Notes: a model not told the origin generated them from the sequence alone. Shown: positions 21,613 through 32,698, counted from the first letter of the stretch. The stretch is 64,000 nucleotides of DNA from Planctomycetota bacterium (GCA_965223265.1 OZ244999.1:4448001-4512000), one strand, 5' to 3'. Program-made: numbers and translations.

Positions 21613-23664
21613 TCAGTTGCCGACGGCGTGCCGCTTGCTCGAACGCAATCGGACGATGCCGGCGCGACTCGTCGCGTTTCCCTTGTCGAGGTACTTCAGC
21701 ACAAACTGAAACTGCCGCAAGGCGTCGAGTCCGCGCCCCTCCTGTTCGTAGAGATAGCCGAGCAGGTTCCGGACACCGACCTCATGTTCCTTGAGGCCGC
21801 TCTCGCGGTAAGTGACGAGCTCGCCAAGTTCCGACGAGAGAAGGTCGATCGCGCCCGCATGGTCCTTCAGTAATGACCGTATGCGAGCAGCGCTCAACAA
21901 GTAGTCGAATTTATGTTGACGGTATGCTTTGCGGATCTGGACGACGGAGCGGTTGTGGGTACGGCGGTCGAATGCGAGCTCTCCACTGAGTGGTAGGTCC
22001 TCAAGCGTCATCGTTACCAGATGCCCACGTCGATCCCCGAGCGCGGCGAGAGCCTTCTCGTACGCCTCGAGAGAACGTTTCAGTAGGGTCTCCCGCTCGG
22101 TGCTCGTGAGACTGAAGTCGCCCGTCGCGACCTGAAGCGCCAACTCGGCGAAACCAAGCGTCCCTTGGAGTTGGCCAGCCTCGTGGAGTATGCTCGCTTC
22201 ATACGCTGCCAGCGCCTTTCGCTGATCGCCCAGACGGCGATGACAATGCCCTTCGTATAGGTGAAGCCAAAACCGGTCAGATGTTTCGACCCCTGGTCGC
22301 GTATGGTAATTCGTCGCCTGGAGAATCGTCAGCGCCGTTTCCGCGTCGTTCTTCTCCACGATGTGAATCATAGCCAAACAAATGTGCGCACGCAGGAATA
22401 ACGGGTCGACACTTCGGGCCTGCTCGAGTCGCTCCAAAGCGTAGTCCACATCTCGCTCACCGTAAGCGCGCGACGCCTCCTCCCAAAGCTGCGTGGCCTT
22501 CTCGCGCTCAGGTGTCATCTCCTTGCGGTCGGCGAGGATCTTGTAGCTGAACTGCCGTATCCGCTCCTCGTTCTCGGTCCACCAGTTCCACCAGCGTGAG
22601 ATCGCTTGCCGCCTAGCCTCAGGAGCGCCGTCCGGTCGAAAGCGGAACGTCTGATCAGTGAACTCGCGTAGCAGGCCGATCGCCATACGCCGCGCCGGCT
22701 CTGCAAGCTCAAGCGCTTCGATGATCGTCGGCAATCCCAAGAGGATCTGGTTCTTGCAGAGAGCAACCGCACTCGCGAATTGTGTTCGCCCTGCGCTCTG
22801 ATTGTAGATGTCTACGAGCTCTCGATTGCGCTGAGTCCGCCGGAGAAAGTCGATCGAATAACCTCTGACAACGTCGTCCTGCTGTTCGCTGAGGGCGAGG
22901 TGCACAGCCAAAGGCACGACCTCGTCGGCGAAACGAAAAAAGAGGAAAACGAGGAGATTCCGCTTCTCCTCGCTCGTTCCATTCGTCAGCACGTCGAAGA
23001 CCTGCGTGTCGTAAGCTTCGATCTTCGGATCAGTGACTCTCTTCAGCTCGTAGGTGCGAGCGACCCCCTCGAACGCGGCCTTTGCCTCAGCTGAAACCGC
23101 CTCGTCCGCCAACGCGGCCCTGACTCTATCGATGGCAAAGATGCCCCACTTGCTTAGGAACTGCACGTCCGTCGCTGTTGAGGCCTGCCCTGGCTCAGCG
23201 TCGATCACGCGCTGCAGAGATGCATCGATCGACCGAGCGAGCTCCACCGTGTAGAGCTTGTCGTGGCTCTCCACAGTCTGTCCGGCAAGAATGATGTCAC
23301 TCACCTCTGCCCGTGGGATGACGACGCGAGCGCCTCCCGCGAGCGTGACGCGGATCTGCTGGCCCCCGGCAAGCTCTTCAACCTTGCCGTTGATGCGAAA
23401 CCCGTCGGCATTGATCACAGCGTCAGTCTTGGCGACTTCGCGAGCAACGCGCCCTTGATCCAAATCAACGCTTACAATATCGCGCCTACGGATGACCTTA
23501 CTGCCGCCGCGACAGCGCATCTCAAGCTGCGACCCGCCAAGTTCAACAAGGTCGCCCTCGAGGCGAGTGCCGTCGCTCAGCTCAATTCGATCGGCACCGA
23601 GTGATAGAGACGAGAGGAGAGCGGCGCAGACGAGCGCCGAGAAGACGGTTAGATTTCGTGTCAT
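21613..23664 (-). CDS. Exported HEAT/TPR-repeat protein
   Basis: Signal peptide MTRNLTVFSALVCAALLSSLSLGA. Two 'D.I...DG....G.+' beta modules, then helical repeats. Confidence 0.75.
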   Translation of the reverse strand: MTRNLTVFSALVCAALLSSLSLGADRIELSDGTRLEGDLVELGGSQLEMRCRGGSKVIRRRDIVSVDLDQGRVAREVAKTDAVINADGFRINGKVEELAGGQQIRVTLAGGARVVIPRAEVSDIILAGQTVESHDKLYTVELARSIDASLQRVIDAEPGQASTATDVQFLSKWGIFAIDRVRAALADEAVSAEAKAAFEGVARTYELKRVTDPKIEAYDTQVFDVLTNGTSEEKRNLLVFLFFRFADEVVPLAVHLALSEQQDDVVRGYSIDFLRRTQRNRELVDIYNQSAGRTQFASAVALCKNQILLGLPTIIEALELAEPARRMAIGLLREFTDQTFRFRPDGAPEARRQAISRWWNWWTENEERIRQFSYKILADRKEMTPEREKATQLWEEASRAYGERDVDYALERLEQARSVDPLFLRAHICLAMIHIVEKNDAETALTILQATNYHTRPGVETSDRFWLHLYEGHCHRRLGDQRKALAAYEASILHEAGQLQGTLGFAELALQVATGDFSLTSTERETLLKRSLEAYEKALAALGDRRGHLVTMTLEDLPLSGELAFDRRTHNRSVVQIRKAYRQHKFDYLLSAARIRSLLKDHAGAIDLLSSELGELVTYRESGLKEHEVGVRNLLGYLYEQEGRGLDALRQFQFVLKYLDKGNATSRAGIVRLRSSKRHAVGN

Positions 23665-24014
23665 TGTCGGTTTCCACGAACGATCGACTTGGGAGGAAAG
23701 TTCGAGCGAGGAATGGGAACCGGTCGCGCTGCACTCATGCAACGGAACGCAACAGAAGTACAAAACTTTGGAGGCGACCGTTTCGGTCCCGACGCGGCGT
23801 CGCTCCGCGGGGCGCGGGTTGGTGGGTTCACAGAACGATTATAGATCATCCCACAAACCGAGCCAACCCCTGCTCTTGTTTCGCTGCAATCACCACAGTA
23901 TCCTGATCTCGGCGTAGGTTCGTGGCGCCGGTCTTGGCCATAGCCTTGGAAACGACGCGCCACCCCCTTCCAAGATCTTGATCGACAATCACTTGCGGAA
24001 TACCCCAACTCCGA

Positions 24015-25028
24015 ATGAGACCACAAGCGACACAGCAGCAGAAAACGACATCTGGCAGATCCAAGTCCGTCGCCGAGCTCAAGAAAGGGGATCGAGTCCG
24101 CGGTGACGTGTTCATGATCGAGACCGCAAACTTTAAGCAAACTCGCGATGGGAAATTCTTCGTCCAGATGACGCTACGGGACAAGACCGCGTCCGTGCGG
24201 GCGATCCGCTGGGAGGCAAGTCGCGACCTCTATGCCTCCATATCTAACGCCCAGTTCCTACGCCTCGACGGACGTGTCGAGGAATTCCAGCAAAACCTTC
24301 AAATCATCGTTGACCGCCTTGACGTCGTCGACCCGCACGAGGTCAAGTTCGATGAATTCCTCCCGGTTTCGGTGCGCGACCCACTCGAGATGGAGAGAGA
24401 GCTACTCGAGCACATCGCCACGGTAAAACAGGACGATATCCGCCGTCTTCTCGTCGCGTTCGTCGAAGACCCAGAGATTCGCGAAGGTCTGCTGCGCTGC
24501 CCAGCCGGCAAAACCCTTCACCACGCGTACGTGGGCGGACTGCTGGAGCACATCCTCTCGCTGGTGAACGCAGCGAAGTTGGTGACGAAGAACTACCCGC
24601 GACTCGATCGCGACGTGCTCGTCGCGGCAGCTGTGCTGCACGACATAGGCAAGATTCGCGAGCTGACGTTCACGAGCGCGTTTGGCTACTCCGACGTTGG
24701 CCAGCTCGTCGGCCATGTCGGGCTGGCACTGCAGATGCTGCAGGAGAAAATCGCGAAACTTGAGTCGTTCCCGGAGCCAATGCGTATTCACCTCGAACAC
24801 ATCATTGCCAGCCATCACGGCCAACTTGAGCACGGAGCGCTCAAAGTCCCGATGACTGCCGAAGCCATCGCGTTCCATTTCCTCGACAACCTTGACTCGA
24901 AGATGGCAATGATCGAAGACATGTCGAACGAGATAGCCGCGGGGTCGGGTACACGGCCAGGCAGCGGACAGTGGACTGAGTTCAAGCCGGCGCTCAGCCG
25001 GAGAGTCTTCTTCCCCGGCGACGTCTGA
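24015..25028 (+). CDS. yhaM: OB-fold/HD-domain 3'-5' exoribonuclease (YhaM/Cbf1 family)
   Basis: LRDKTASV OB region; PAGKTLHHAYVGGLLEH; LHDIGK; SHHG; DNLDSKM. Confidence 0.88.
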   Translation: MRPQATQQQKTTSGRSKSVAELKKGDRVRGDVFMIETANFKQTRDGKFFVQMTLRDKTASVRAIRWEASRDLYASISNAQFLRLDGRVEEFQQNLQIIVDRLDVVDPHEVKFDEFLPVSVRDPLEMERELLEHIATVKQDDIRRLLVAFVEDPEIREGLLRCPAGKTLHHAYVGGLLEHILSLVNAAKLVTKNYPRLDRDVLVAAAVLHDIGKIRELTFTSAFGYSDVGQLVGHVGLALQMLQEKIAKLESFPEPMRIHLEHIIASHHGQLEHGALKVPMTAEAIAFHFLDNLDSKMAMIEDMSNEIAAGSGTRPGSGQWTEFKPALSRRVFFPGDV

Positions 25029-25075
25029 GTCCCCAGGCCATCGCCAGGCCACCGACCAATCCTATCGGAGGGTGT

Positions 25076-25942
25076 ATGTTTCACGGTTCATACGTCGCTC
25101 TCGTGACGCCACTTCGTGACGGTCGCATTGATCTAGAGAAAGTGGACGAACTCGTCGACTGGCACGTCGAACAGGGCACCGACGGCATCGTCCCGTGCGG
25201 CACCACGGGCGAGTCAGCAACCTTCAGTCACGAGGAGCACGAACTTCTCATCCGCCGCGTCGTCGAGCGCACTGGTGGCCGCGTCGCCGTGCTGGCGGGA
25301 ACCGGCTCGAACAGCACCGCCGAAGCGATTCGCTTGACTCGGTTTGCTCAGGACGTCGGCGCAGATGGCGCGCTTCTGATCACGCCGTACTACAACAAGC
25401 CGACGCAATCAGGTCTTGTCCGCCACTTTGAAGCGGTAGCTCGCGAAGTCTCCCTGCCGCTCGTGCTCTACAACGTACCGTCGCGCACCGGCGTCAACAT
25501 GATGCCGCCAGCTGTCTTGGAGTGCGCGCGCATTCCTAACGTCGTTGGTATCAAAGAGGCCAGCGGCTCGCTCGATCAGACGTCGGAAATCATCCGTGGC
25601 TCCGAGCTGAGCGTACTGTCTGGCGACGACTCACTCACTCTCGGCCTCATGTCGATTGGCGCAAAGGGCGTGATCTCTGTCGCAGCCAACGTCGCTCCGG
25701 CGGCGGTAGCGGAAATGACACGGCTCGCACTCGACGGCGACTTCGACGCAGCCCGTCAGCGACATCTGGAGCTCTATCCACTGTTTCAAGCGATGTTTCT
25801 TGAGACAAACCCGATTCCGGTCAAGGCCGCGATGGCGCTTCAATCCCGTATCGCGAACGAACTACGTCTCCCCATGACGCAGTTGTCAGAGGGCTATGTC
25901 GAGAAGCTGCGCCAAGTGCTGCTCGAGCTGGACCTGCTGTAG
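25076..25942 (+). CDS. dapA: 4-hydroxy-tetrahydrodipicolinate synthase
   Basis: CGTTGES, TPYYNKP, YNVPSRT, GIKEA, SGDD, ETNPIPVK. Confidence 0.97.
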   Translation: MFHGSYVALVTPLRDGRIDLEKVDELVDWHVEQGTDGIVPCGTTGESATFSHEEHELLIRRVVERTGGRVAVLAGTGSNSTAEAIRLTRFAQDVGADGALLITPYYNKPTQSGLVRHFEAVAREVSLPLVLYNVPSRTGVNMMPPAVLECARIPNVVGIKEASGSLDQTSEIIRGSELSVLSGDDSLTLGLMSIGAKGVISVAANVAPAAVAEMTRLALDGDFDAARQRHLELYPLFQAMFLETNPIPVKAAMALQSRIANELRLPMTQLSEGYVEKLRQVLLELDLL

Positions 25943-26221
25943 CCTCGAGTTTGGCATTTCGTGCCGGCCTCACCGGACGAGTTTCGCTGGGATTCAAAGG
26001 CCCTTTCGACTTTTTGCACCCTGAGAACCCTTGTTCAAAAACTCCTGTCCGGCCCTTCGGGGAATGCCAATACGCAGGAACTTGTTCGATGGAACCATCG
26101 TCGCCACACGGCGGGCTTCTTTTGCGTAGATTCCCTTCCCAAGTTGGACGGATGGGTTTTCAGCGGCCTGTTAGCGTAGCGGCTCGCCTGAAAAACTCAT
26201 TCGGCCGAGAAACTGGCCTCT

Positions 26222-27625
26222 TCAGTACTGCCGACGGCTCGCTTCGATCGCAGCACAAATCTCGTCCGCGCTACTCTGCGTCGACTCATGGTTCGGGCCT
26301 TCGACCATAACGCGCGCCAGCGGCTCGGTGCCCGAATACCTCAAGACCACCCGCCCCTCGGCTCCGAGGCGCTCCTCGACACGCTGGACAGCCTCAAGCA
26401 CACCGGCAAGCTCAGCGAATGGCACCTTCTCGTCCACTTCGACATTCTGAATGAGCTGGGGAAATCGGCGCATGATCGCGCTCTCAGCATCCAGATCTAG
26501 ATCGTCTGTCTGCAGCACATCCAGCAGACGGATCCCGGACAAGATGCCATCGCCGGTCGGTGCATCGTCGAGGAAAATAGTGTGCCCAGACTGCTCGCCA
26601 CCGATCGGGTGACCACCGGCGACCATGGCATCGTAGACGTTTCTATCACCCACGTCAGTCCGCAGGAGCTGCAGCTGCTGATCCCGAAGGGCCAGCTCAA
26701 GCCCAATGTTCGACATGGACGTTGCGACCAGCGTCTTCGTCGGGAGCCTACCGTTCGCAAGAAAGTAGCGCGCCGCCAGAGCGATCACAAAGTCGCCGTC
26801 GAGCACCTGTCCCGTTTTCGTGATCGGGATCATGCGGTCTCCATCGCCATCGAAACAGAGCCCAATCGTCGCTCCACCGCCTTCACCGGTGAGCCTCTCT
26901 GCCAGCGCTTCTGGATGCGTGGCTCCGGTGCCGGCGTTGATGTTGAACCCGTCGGGTGCGTCCCCGATGACGTCCACGACCATACCGAGGCGACGGAAAA
27001 CCTCGGGCGCAACGCGGTACGTCGCTCCGTTCGCGGTGTCGAGCGCAATGCGGCGTCCGCGCAGACGACTCGGATTCCAGCACGAAGCGACCAAGTGATC
27101 GACATAATCGGCCCGGCCCTGAGCTGCACGATCTTCCGGATCACTAGTCGCGCGCACTTCCACAGCGTCGACACGGGCAAACGCCTCTTCAACCGCACGC
27201 TCAAACTCTGGGGAAACCTTGGCACCGACCGGCGAAAAGAACTTAACCCCGTTGTCAGCAGCGGGATTATGAGAAGCCGAAAGTACAATCCCAAGTGCTG
27301 CGTCCTGCGCACGACTTGCCAGATGGGCGACGCCCGGGGTCGGAAGCACACCGACGTCCACGACGCCGAATCCCCGCGCACCCAAGGTCTGTGCGATGAG
27401 CTTGAGAAGATGCGGCCCCGAGTCCCGCGTGTCTCTGCCGACGAGCACACGGCTCCCAACGCGCCCAACTGGAAAATCGACTGGAAAGTTCTCCGGCTGA
27501 CTGAGCACCCGTGCGGTGGCTTCCAGGATTCTCCGGACGCTGTCATCCGCAAGAAGGCCTTGGCCGGCCTTGTCGCGCACCCCGTCGGTGCCAAAAAGGC
27601 GCCGATCATCACCCATAGGACTCAC
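26222..27625 (-). CDS. glmM: Phosphoglucosamine mutase
   Basis: FGTDGVR, SASHNP, DGDGDR, GGEQSGH, RYSGTEPLARVMVEG. Confidence 0.96.
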   Translation of the reverse strand: MSPMGDDRRLFGTDGVRDKAGQGLLADDSVRRILEATARVLSQPENFPVDFPVGRVGSRVLVGRDTRDSGPHLLKLIAQTLGARGFGVVDVGVLPTPGVAHLASRAQDAALGIVLSASHNPAADNGVKFFSPVGAKVSPEFERAVEEAFARVDAVEVRATSDPEDRAAQGRADYVDHLVASCWNPSRLRGRRIALDTANGATYRVAPEVFRRLGMVVDVIGDAPDGFNINAGTGATHPEALAERLTGEGGGATIGLCFDGDGDRMIPITKTGQVLDGDFVIALAARYFLANGRLPTKTLVATSMSNIGLELALRDQQLQLLRTDVGDRNVYDAMVAGGHPIGGEQSGHTIFLDDAPTGDGILSGIRLLDVLQTDDLDLDAESAIMRRFPQLIQNVEVDEKVPFAELAGVLEAVQRVEERLGAEGRVVLRYSGTEPLARVMVEGPNHESTQSSADEICAAIEASRRQY

Positions 27626-27670
27626 TCCTCGCTGGATTGGACAGACCGCGCCGCATGACCCCTTCCGCGT

Positions 27671-28744
27671 TTACTCTTGGCACGGTTTGATGACGTAGTA
27701 CCACGGGCCTGGATCACTAGCATCCGCCTGCACGCGAACAAGCGGCCAGCGTGGAACGATTAAGGAGGAAGACGTGAAGGTCCCAGAAGTCTCTTCGCCC
27801 GAGCCGGTCGGAAGTGAGTCCGCTTCGATCGCGAAGTTCACCGACACCTGAGAATTCTCTTTTGCAAGCTCCTCCTCGAGGCGCTCAATGTCGTCCTGAG
27901 GTCCGACCAACACAACGGCCACGCGGTCTGGACACTCAATACTCAGGGGCTCAGTGAATGGAGGAATGCGCAGCGTCAACGGCATCACGCGCTCGATACT
28001 CTTCTCGCTGAGTTTGAGAGAGACGTGGACATCCACCTTCAGAGGATCAACTTTCACGACATCCAAAGCGGCTTGATCGACGTTGGGATCAAGCGAAAAC
28101 ACTCGAACCGCGACCGTACCGTCATATTTTAGCTCACGCAGATCGGAATCGGTCAGCTCGGTGTCAATACTGATCTGCAGCGACGAGATAATCGAATTCG
28201 GCGCCTGCACAGTGACCTCGCCTGGATCGACGCGCTTTAGGTCAGCCTCATATGGCGCTCGCAGGGACACTTCAAGTCCGCTCGCGATGTTCGTGAAAGT
28301 TCTGGTCGCCCATTCGTCTTGCACCACTCTCACAGACTCCGGGCGGATGGAGCGAATCGTGACTCCCTTCTGAGGAAATCCGAAGTCCTCCTGCTTGAAG
28401 TGGTAGATCTCTTCGTCAGGCGGGATGTCGATCACGAACCGAGGCGAGTCCGTGTCGTAGCGGCGCCGCAGTTCTTCGATCTGTTTGCGGGGACCTGATA
28501 GCGTCACACTCAACCGGCCGTCAAAACGCGGTTCGGTGCCACCCTCGAATTGGGACGCGGGTACGGCCTGCCGGATGATGACATGACGTTCGCTATCTTG
28601 CGGCCGCAGGTCGACTGTCAGCCCCGCCGGATGCTCCTGCTTTTCCGATTGAAACGCTACAAACCAGATCGCCACGGCGAAGAAGAACGCGACGCCCTTG
28701 TTGCGCCAGTCACCGAGGAACATGATGCGCAGGAGGTTCTTCAT
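27671..28744 (-). CDS. cdaR: YbbR/CdaR-like diadenylate cyclase regulator
   Basis: N-terminal TM 'NKGVAFFFAVAIWFV', repeated beta modules (VTLSGP; VDPGEVTVQAP; VAVVLVGP), position between cdaA and glmM. Confidence 0.75.
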   Translation of the reverse strand: MKNLLRIMFLGDWRNKGVAFFFAVAIWFVAFQSEKQEHPAGLTVDLRPQDSERHVIIRQAVPASQFEGGTEPRFDGRLSVTLSGPRKQIEELRRRYDTDSPRFVIDIPPDEEIYHFKQEDFGFPQKGVTIRSIRPESVRVVQDEWATRTFTNIASGLEVSLRAPYEADLKRVDPGEVTVQAPNSIISSLQISIDTELTDSDLRELKYDGTVAVRVFSLDPNVDQAALDVVKVDPLKVDVHVSLKLSEKSIERVMPLTLRIPPFTEPLSIECPDRVAVVLVGPQDDIERLEEELAKENSQVSVNFAIEADSLPTGSGEETSGTFTSSSLIVPRWPLVRVQADASDPGPWYYVIKPCQE

Positions 28745-29607
28745 CAGCGTTTCCCCCCGTTCTCCACAACGCCTTCAGGCTCCAAACGCCCGGAGCCATA
28801 CGCCTCCGCTTCCTCAAGCTGAGCGTAATACTTTCGAAGGAGGTCTCGCATGCGTTCAACGTCGACCGATCGTTCCAATTTGCCGTCGTGAGCGAACGAC
28901 ACGGCGCCCGTCTCCTCGGAGACAACAACGACGATCGCGTCGGTTTCCTCGCTGATGCCCACCGCAGCTCTATGGCGAGTCCCGAGGACATTGCCGAGAC
29001 TCGGGTCGTCGCTGAGCGGAAAGAGGCAACCAGCCGCGGCAACGCGTTCTTTCTGGATCACAACGGCTCCATCGTGGAGGTCAGACCCGGGAAAGAAAAC
29101 CGTCGACAAAAGCTCACTCGTGACAACCCCGTCGATCGATGTACCGCGCTCGATGTAGTTCTTTAGTCCCACCTCACGCTCGATCGCAATCAGAGCACCG
29201 ATCTTCCGCCTCGACATGCGGTACGCGGCTTTGACGATCTCATCGACCATCCCCTCAGCCTCACCGCGTAGGAACATGCCGAAGATGCGAGTTTGCCCAA
29301 GCCGGATGAGCGCTCGTCGCAGCTCCGGTTGGACGATGATCACTAAGACCGGAATCGCGGTAGCGCCAAAAAACTTCATGATGCCGAGCAAACGGTCAAG
29401 GACACCGAATTGGTCGGCGATGATGGTCACGAGCATCGGCACCGTCAGGATAACCAACGCGATGCCCTTGAGGATACCTTCGCCACGCGTCCCTTCCATG
29501 AAACGAAGAAACGCATAGATCAAGAGGTAAATGACTATGATCTCGATGACGTACTCGACGTAGATCGAATCCGCGAAGGATCTCAAACTGTCGAGCACGT
29601 CAGACAT
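28744..29607 (-). CDS. cdaA: Diadenylate cyclase
   Basis: Three N-terminal TM helices, QPELRRAL, HDGAV, GTRHRAA, VVSEETG. Confidence 0.95.
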   Translation of the reverse strand: MSDVLDSLRSFADSIYVEYVIEIIVIYLLIYAFLRFMEGTRGEGILKGIALVILTVPMLVTIIADQFGVLDRLLGIMKFFGATAIPVLVIIVQPELRRALIRLGQTRIFGMFLRGEAEGMVDEIVKAAYRMSRRKIGALIAIEREVGLKNYIERGTSIDGVVTSELLSTVFFPGSDLHDGAVVIQKERVAAAGCLFPLSDDPSLGNVLGTRHRAAVGISEETDAIVVVVSEETGAVSFAHDGKLERSVDVERMRDLLRKYYAQLEEAEAYGSGRLEPEGVVENGGKR

Positions 29608-29613
29608 TTTCTC

Positions 29614-30582
29614 TCAGCCTTCAACTGGCGATGCCAATGGTCCAATAGCGGCGACCATGGCGACAAGATCACGGGTCAAAGCGGCATTGTGGACCCGAAG
29701 AACATCTGCACCGGCGTAGATCGCGGCCGCATTTGCCATCATAGTCCCGATGTCTCGATCGCCGACGTCGCGATCGAGGATCGAGCCAATGAAGCCTTTG
29801 CGCGACAGGCCAACAAGCACCGGCAGGTCGCAAGACCGTACTTCCTCTATGTTTCGGATCAGTTCTAAGTTGTGCTGAAGCAGCTTCCCGAAACCAATCC
29901 CGGGATCCAAGATCACCCTGGAGCTCTCGACCCCCCAGTCACGCAGAGCGTCGAGCCTGCTCCGAAAAAACTCGCGCACGGCGACGGTTACGCCGTCCGG
30001 ATAGTGAGGATTTTTCTGCATCGTGCGGGGCTCGCCGAGCATGTGCATGAGGATGATCGGAACTTCCCATTCCGTCACCACCCGATCCCACCCGGGAGCC
30101 TGGCAAGCTGCGACGTCGTTGATGACGTCCACCCCAGCGGCAAGCGCCTCGCACGCGACCTCGGGTAGGCGCGTGTCGATCGAAAGCGGGGCGTCGGTGG
30201 CCTCTCTGAGTCCTCGCACAACAGGCAAGACGCGTGTGAGCTGCTCTCCTGCTGCCACAGGCTCGGCCCCCGGACGCGTGGACTCGCCACCGATATCGAG
30301 CACATCGGCGCCGTCTTCCAGGAGCTGCAGGCCATGGTCGATCGCTCGCTTCGCATCACAGTGCACACCACCGTCGGAAAAGGAATCGGGTGTCACATTG
30401 ACGATTCCCATGATCGAGGGTCGATCGGGGCCTATCTCCCAACAGCGCCCGCGCGCTAGCTCATAGCGGTAGCTCCGACCGCCGGGACGAACTTGTGGTG
30501 GTTTTCGGGGTCGATCCATCTGCGATGCTGGCGGCTCACGGCCGATTAGGAGTGCCTCGCCGGCGGCGTCCGCAGGCGACAA
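29614..30582 (-). CDS. folP: Dihydropteroate synthase
   Basis: MGIVNVTPDSFSDGG, GGESTRPG, DPGIGFGK, SRK, RVH. True start is probably downstream of 30582. Confidence 0.95.
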   Translation of the reverse strand: MSPADAAGEALLIGREPPASQMDRPRKPPQVRPGGRSYRYELARGRCWEIGPDRPSIMGIVNVTPDSFSDGGVHCDAKRAIDHGLQLLEDGADVLDIGGESTRPGAEPVAAGEQLTRVLPVVRGLREATDAPLSIDTRLPEVACEALAAGVDVINDVAACQAPGWDRVVTEWEVPIILMHMLGEPRTMQKNPHYPDGVTVAVREFFRSRLDALRDWGVESSRVILDPGIGFGKLLQHNLELIRNIEEVRSCDLPVLVGLSRKGFIGSILDRDVGDRDIGTMMANAAAIYAGADVLRVHNAALTRDLVAMVAAIGPLASPVEG

Positions 30583-30604
30583 CAGGGACCAGGCGACGAC
30601 CGCG

Positions 30605-32698
30605 TTACGCGGGAAGAGCGCCCGGGTTCACTCCCGTCGCGCCGTCGGTGGTCGGCTCAACGTCATCTACAAGCTGACTCCGAACCTCGGGCGACTTCTG
30701 CGGCGGCGCAGAAGTCGTCTCCAGCTCGACTGGCGGCAGTGGCTCGCCGCGTACGAGCTGCGCGACCTCTTCGCCGCTGAGCGTCTCTCGCTCGAGCAGG
30801 GCGGCGGCGATGCGCTCCATCGCTTCGCGATTCTCTTCGATCAATTCTTCGGCAAACTTGTAACACTCGTCGATCGTTCGACGCACCTCTTCGTCTATCC
30901 TCAGAGCGATTTCTTCGCTATGATCGCTACTCTTGGTTACTTCGCGGCCAAGGAACAGAGTCTCTTGATTCTCTGAATAGCGAATCGGGCCGATCGCTTC
31001 AGACATGCCCCATTCGGTCACCATTCGCCGCACAAGCTCGGTCGCCCGTTCGATGTCGTTGGCGGCACCGGAGGTGATCTCGCCACAAAACTTCTGCTCA
31101 GCGATCCGGCCGCCGTAGAGCAGTTTCAATTGCCCAAGCAGTTGCGTCTTCGAGCTGCTGTAGCGATCTCGCTCAGGCAATTGCATGGTCAGCCCCAACG
31201 CCATGCCGCGAGGAATGATGGACACTTTGTGGAGCGGCTCGACCTCTGGGAGCAAGTGGGCGATCAGGGCATGGCCAGCTTCATGATATGCGGTGACACG
31301 CCGGTCTTCCTCGTCTGGAACCCAGCTCTTCTTCTGCAACCCAAAACGAATCTTATCGCGTGCATCTTCAAGATCGATCTCGCGGATCGAGTCCTGATCA
31401 CGCATCGCCGCGACGATCGCCGCCTCGTTGATCAACGCGGCAAGCTCTGCGCCACTGAACCCTGGGGTACCGCGGGCAACGCGGTGCATATCAACGTCGG
31501 ACGACAGTTTCACCTTCTTAGCATGGACGTTCAAAATCGCCTCACGACCGCCCAGATCCGGTGGATCGATATAAATCTCACGATCGAAGCGACCCGGGCG
31601 GAGGAGGGCAGGATCTAGAACGTCCGGTCGGTTCGTGGCCGCGATCAGGATGATTCCCTCATCAGAGTCGAACCCATCCATCTCGACGAGAATCGCATTC
31701 AACGTCTGCTCGCGCTCATCATGTCCGCCGCCCAGACCGGAGCCTCTTCGGCGCCCCACGGCGTCGACTTCGTCGAGAAAAAGGAGACATGGCGAGCTCT
31801 CACGCGCTTGCTTGAACAGATCGCGGACGCGCGCTGCGCCGACACCGACAAACATCTCAACGAAGTCCGAACCACAGATACTGAAGAACGGCACGTCCGC
31901 TTCGCCGGCGATAGCCTTGGCGAGCAGCGTCTTGCCCGTGCCGGGTGGCCCTACAAGCATCACACCGCGCGGAATCCGCCCACCCAAGCGCTGAAATTTT
32001 TGCGGATTCTTCAGGAATTCGACGATTTCCTGTACTTCGTCGCGGGCGACGTCGATGCCCGCGACGTCGTCGAACGTGACCCCGGTAGCCTTCTGACCTT
32101 GAAGTTTCGCTCGACTCTTACCAAATGAAAGAATGTTTCCACCTGGGCCGCCTTGAGCTCTCAACTGGCGGAAGAAGAGAAAGTAGATGATGACGAAGAA
32201 GAGAATCCAAGGCGCGATCGCGGCGACAAACTGCCAGAATTGCTTCTGCGAGTCCTTCACCGTCCAATCGACGACCTTGTTGCCTTCTTGCGCGTTGTGC
32301 CAGGCGATCGTCTCAGCGTAGAACTGGTTGACCAGATCCTCGGTGGCGAATCTGACTTCGACAACGTTCGCCTTGCCCTCCGGCTCGGTGAGCCGCGCGC
32401 GGAATGTCCCTTTGTCCTTGATGAAGAACATCGACTCCAAATCAATCTTACCAGCGCGGAACCACTCGACGGCGACGCTCGTGTTACGCTCGATCGAGTC
32501 AGCGCCATAGCCTTCAGGACCGCCATGAAAGGCCGCGATGACCAGCAGAACAGCGAGCAGAATTGCGACGAAGACAAATCCGCGCGGCCGCCGTTTCGTC
32601 GCACCTGCGGCGGACTCGTTTCCGGCACGCTCTGGCGGCGTCTCGGCCGATGGCTTTCCGGAGTCCTCTGAAGGCTGGCGACTCGATTCCTGACTCAT
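30605..32698 (-). CDS. ftsH: ATP-dependent zinc metalloprotease
   Basis: Two TM helices, [33 protein letters not shown]. Confidence 0.98.
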   Translation of the reverse strand: MSQESSRQPSEDSGKPSAETPPERAGNESAAGATKRRPRGFVFVAILLAVLLVIAAFHGGPEGYGADSIERNTSVAVEWFRAGKIDLESMFFIKDKGTFRARLTEPEGKANVVEVRFATEDLVNQFYAETIAWHNAQEGNKVVDWTVKDSQKQFWQFVAAIAPWILFFVIIYFLFFRQLRAQGGPGGNILSFGKSRAKLQGQKATGVTFDDVAGIDVARDEVQEIVEFLKNPQKFQRLGGRIPRGVMLVGPPGTGKTLLAKAIAGEADVPFFSICGSDFVEMFVGVGAARVRDLFKQARESSPCLLFLDEVDAVGRRRGSGLGGGHDEREQTLNAILVEMDGFDSDEGIILIAATNRPDVLDPALLRPGRFDREIYIDPPDLGGREAILNVHAKKVKLSSDVDMHRVARGTPGFSGAELAALINEAAIVAAMRDQDSIREIDLEDARDKIRFGLQKKSWVPDEEDRRVTAYHEAGHALIAHLLPEVEPLHKVSIIPRGMALGLTMQLPERDRYSSSKTQLLGQLKLLYGGRIAEQKFCGEITSGAANDIERATELVRRMVTEWGMSEAIGPIRYSENQETLFLGREVTKSSDHSEEIALRIDEEVRRTIDECYKFAEELIEENREAMERIAAALLERETLSGEEVAQLVRGEPLPPVELETTSAPPQKSPEVRSQLVDDVEPTTDGATGVNPGALPA

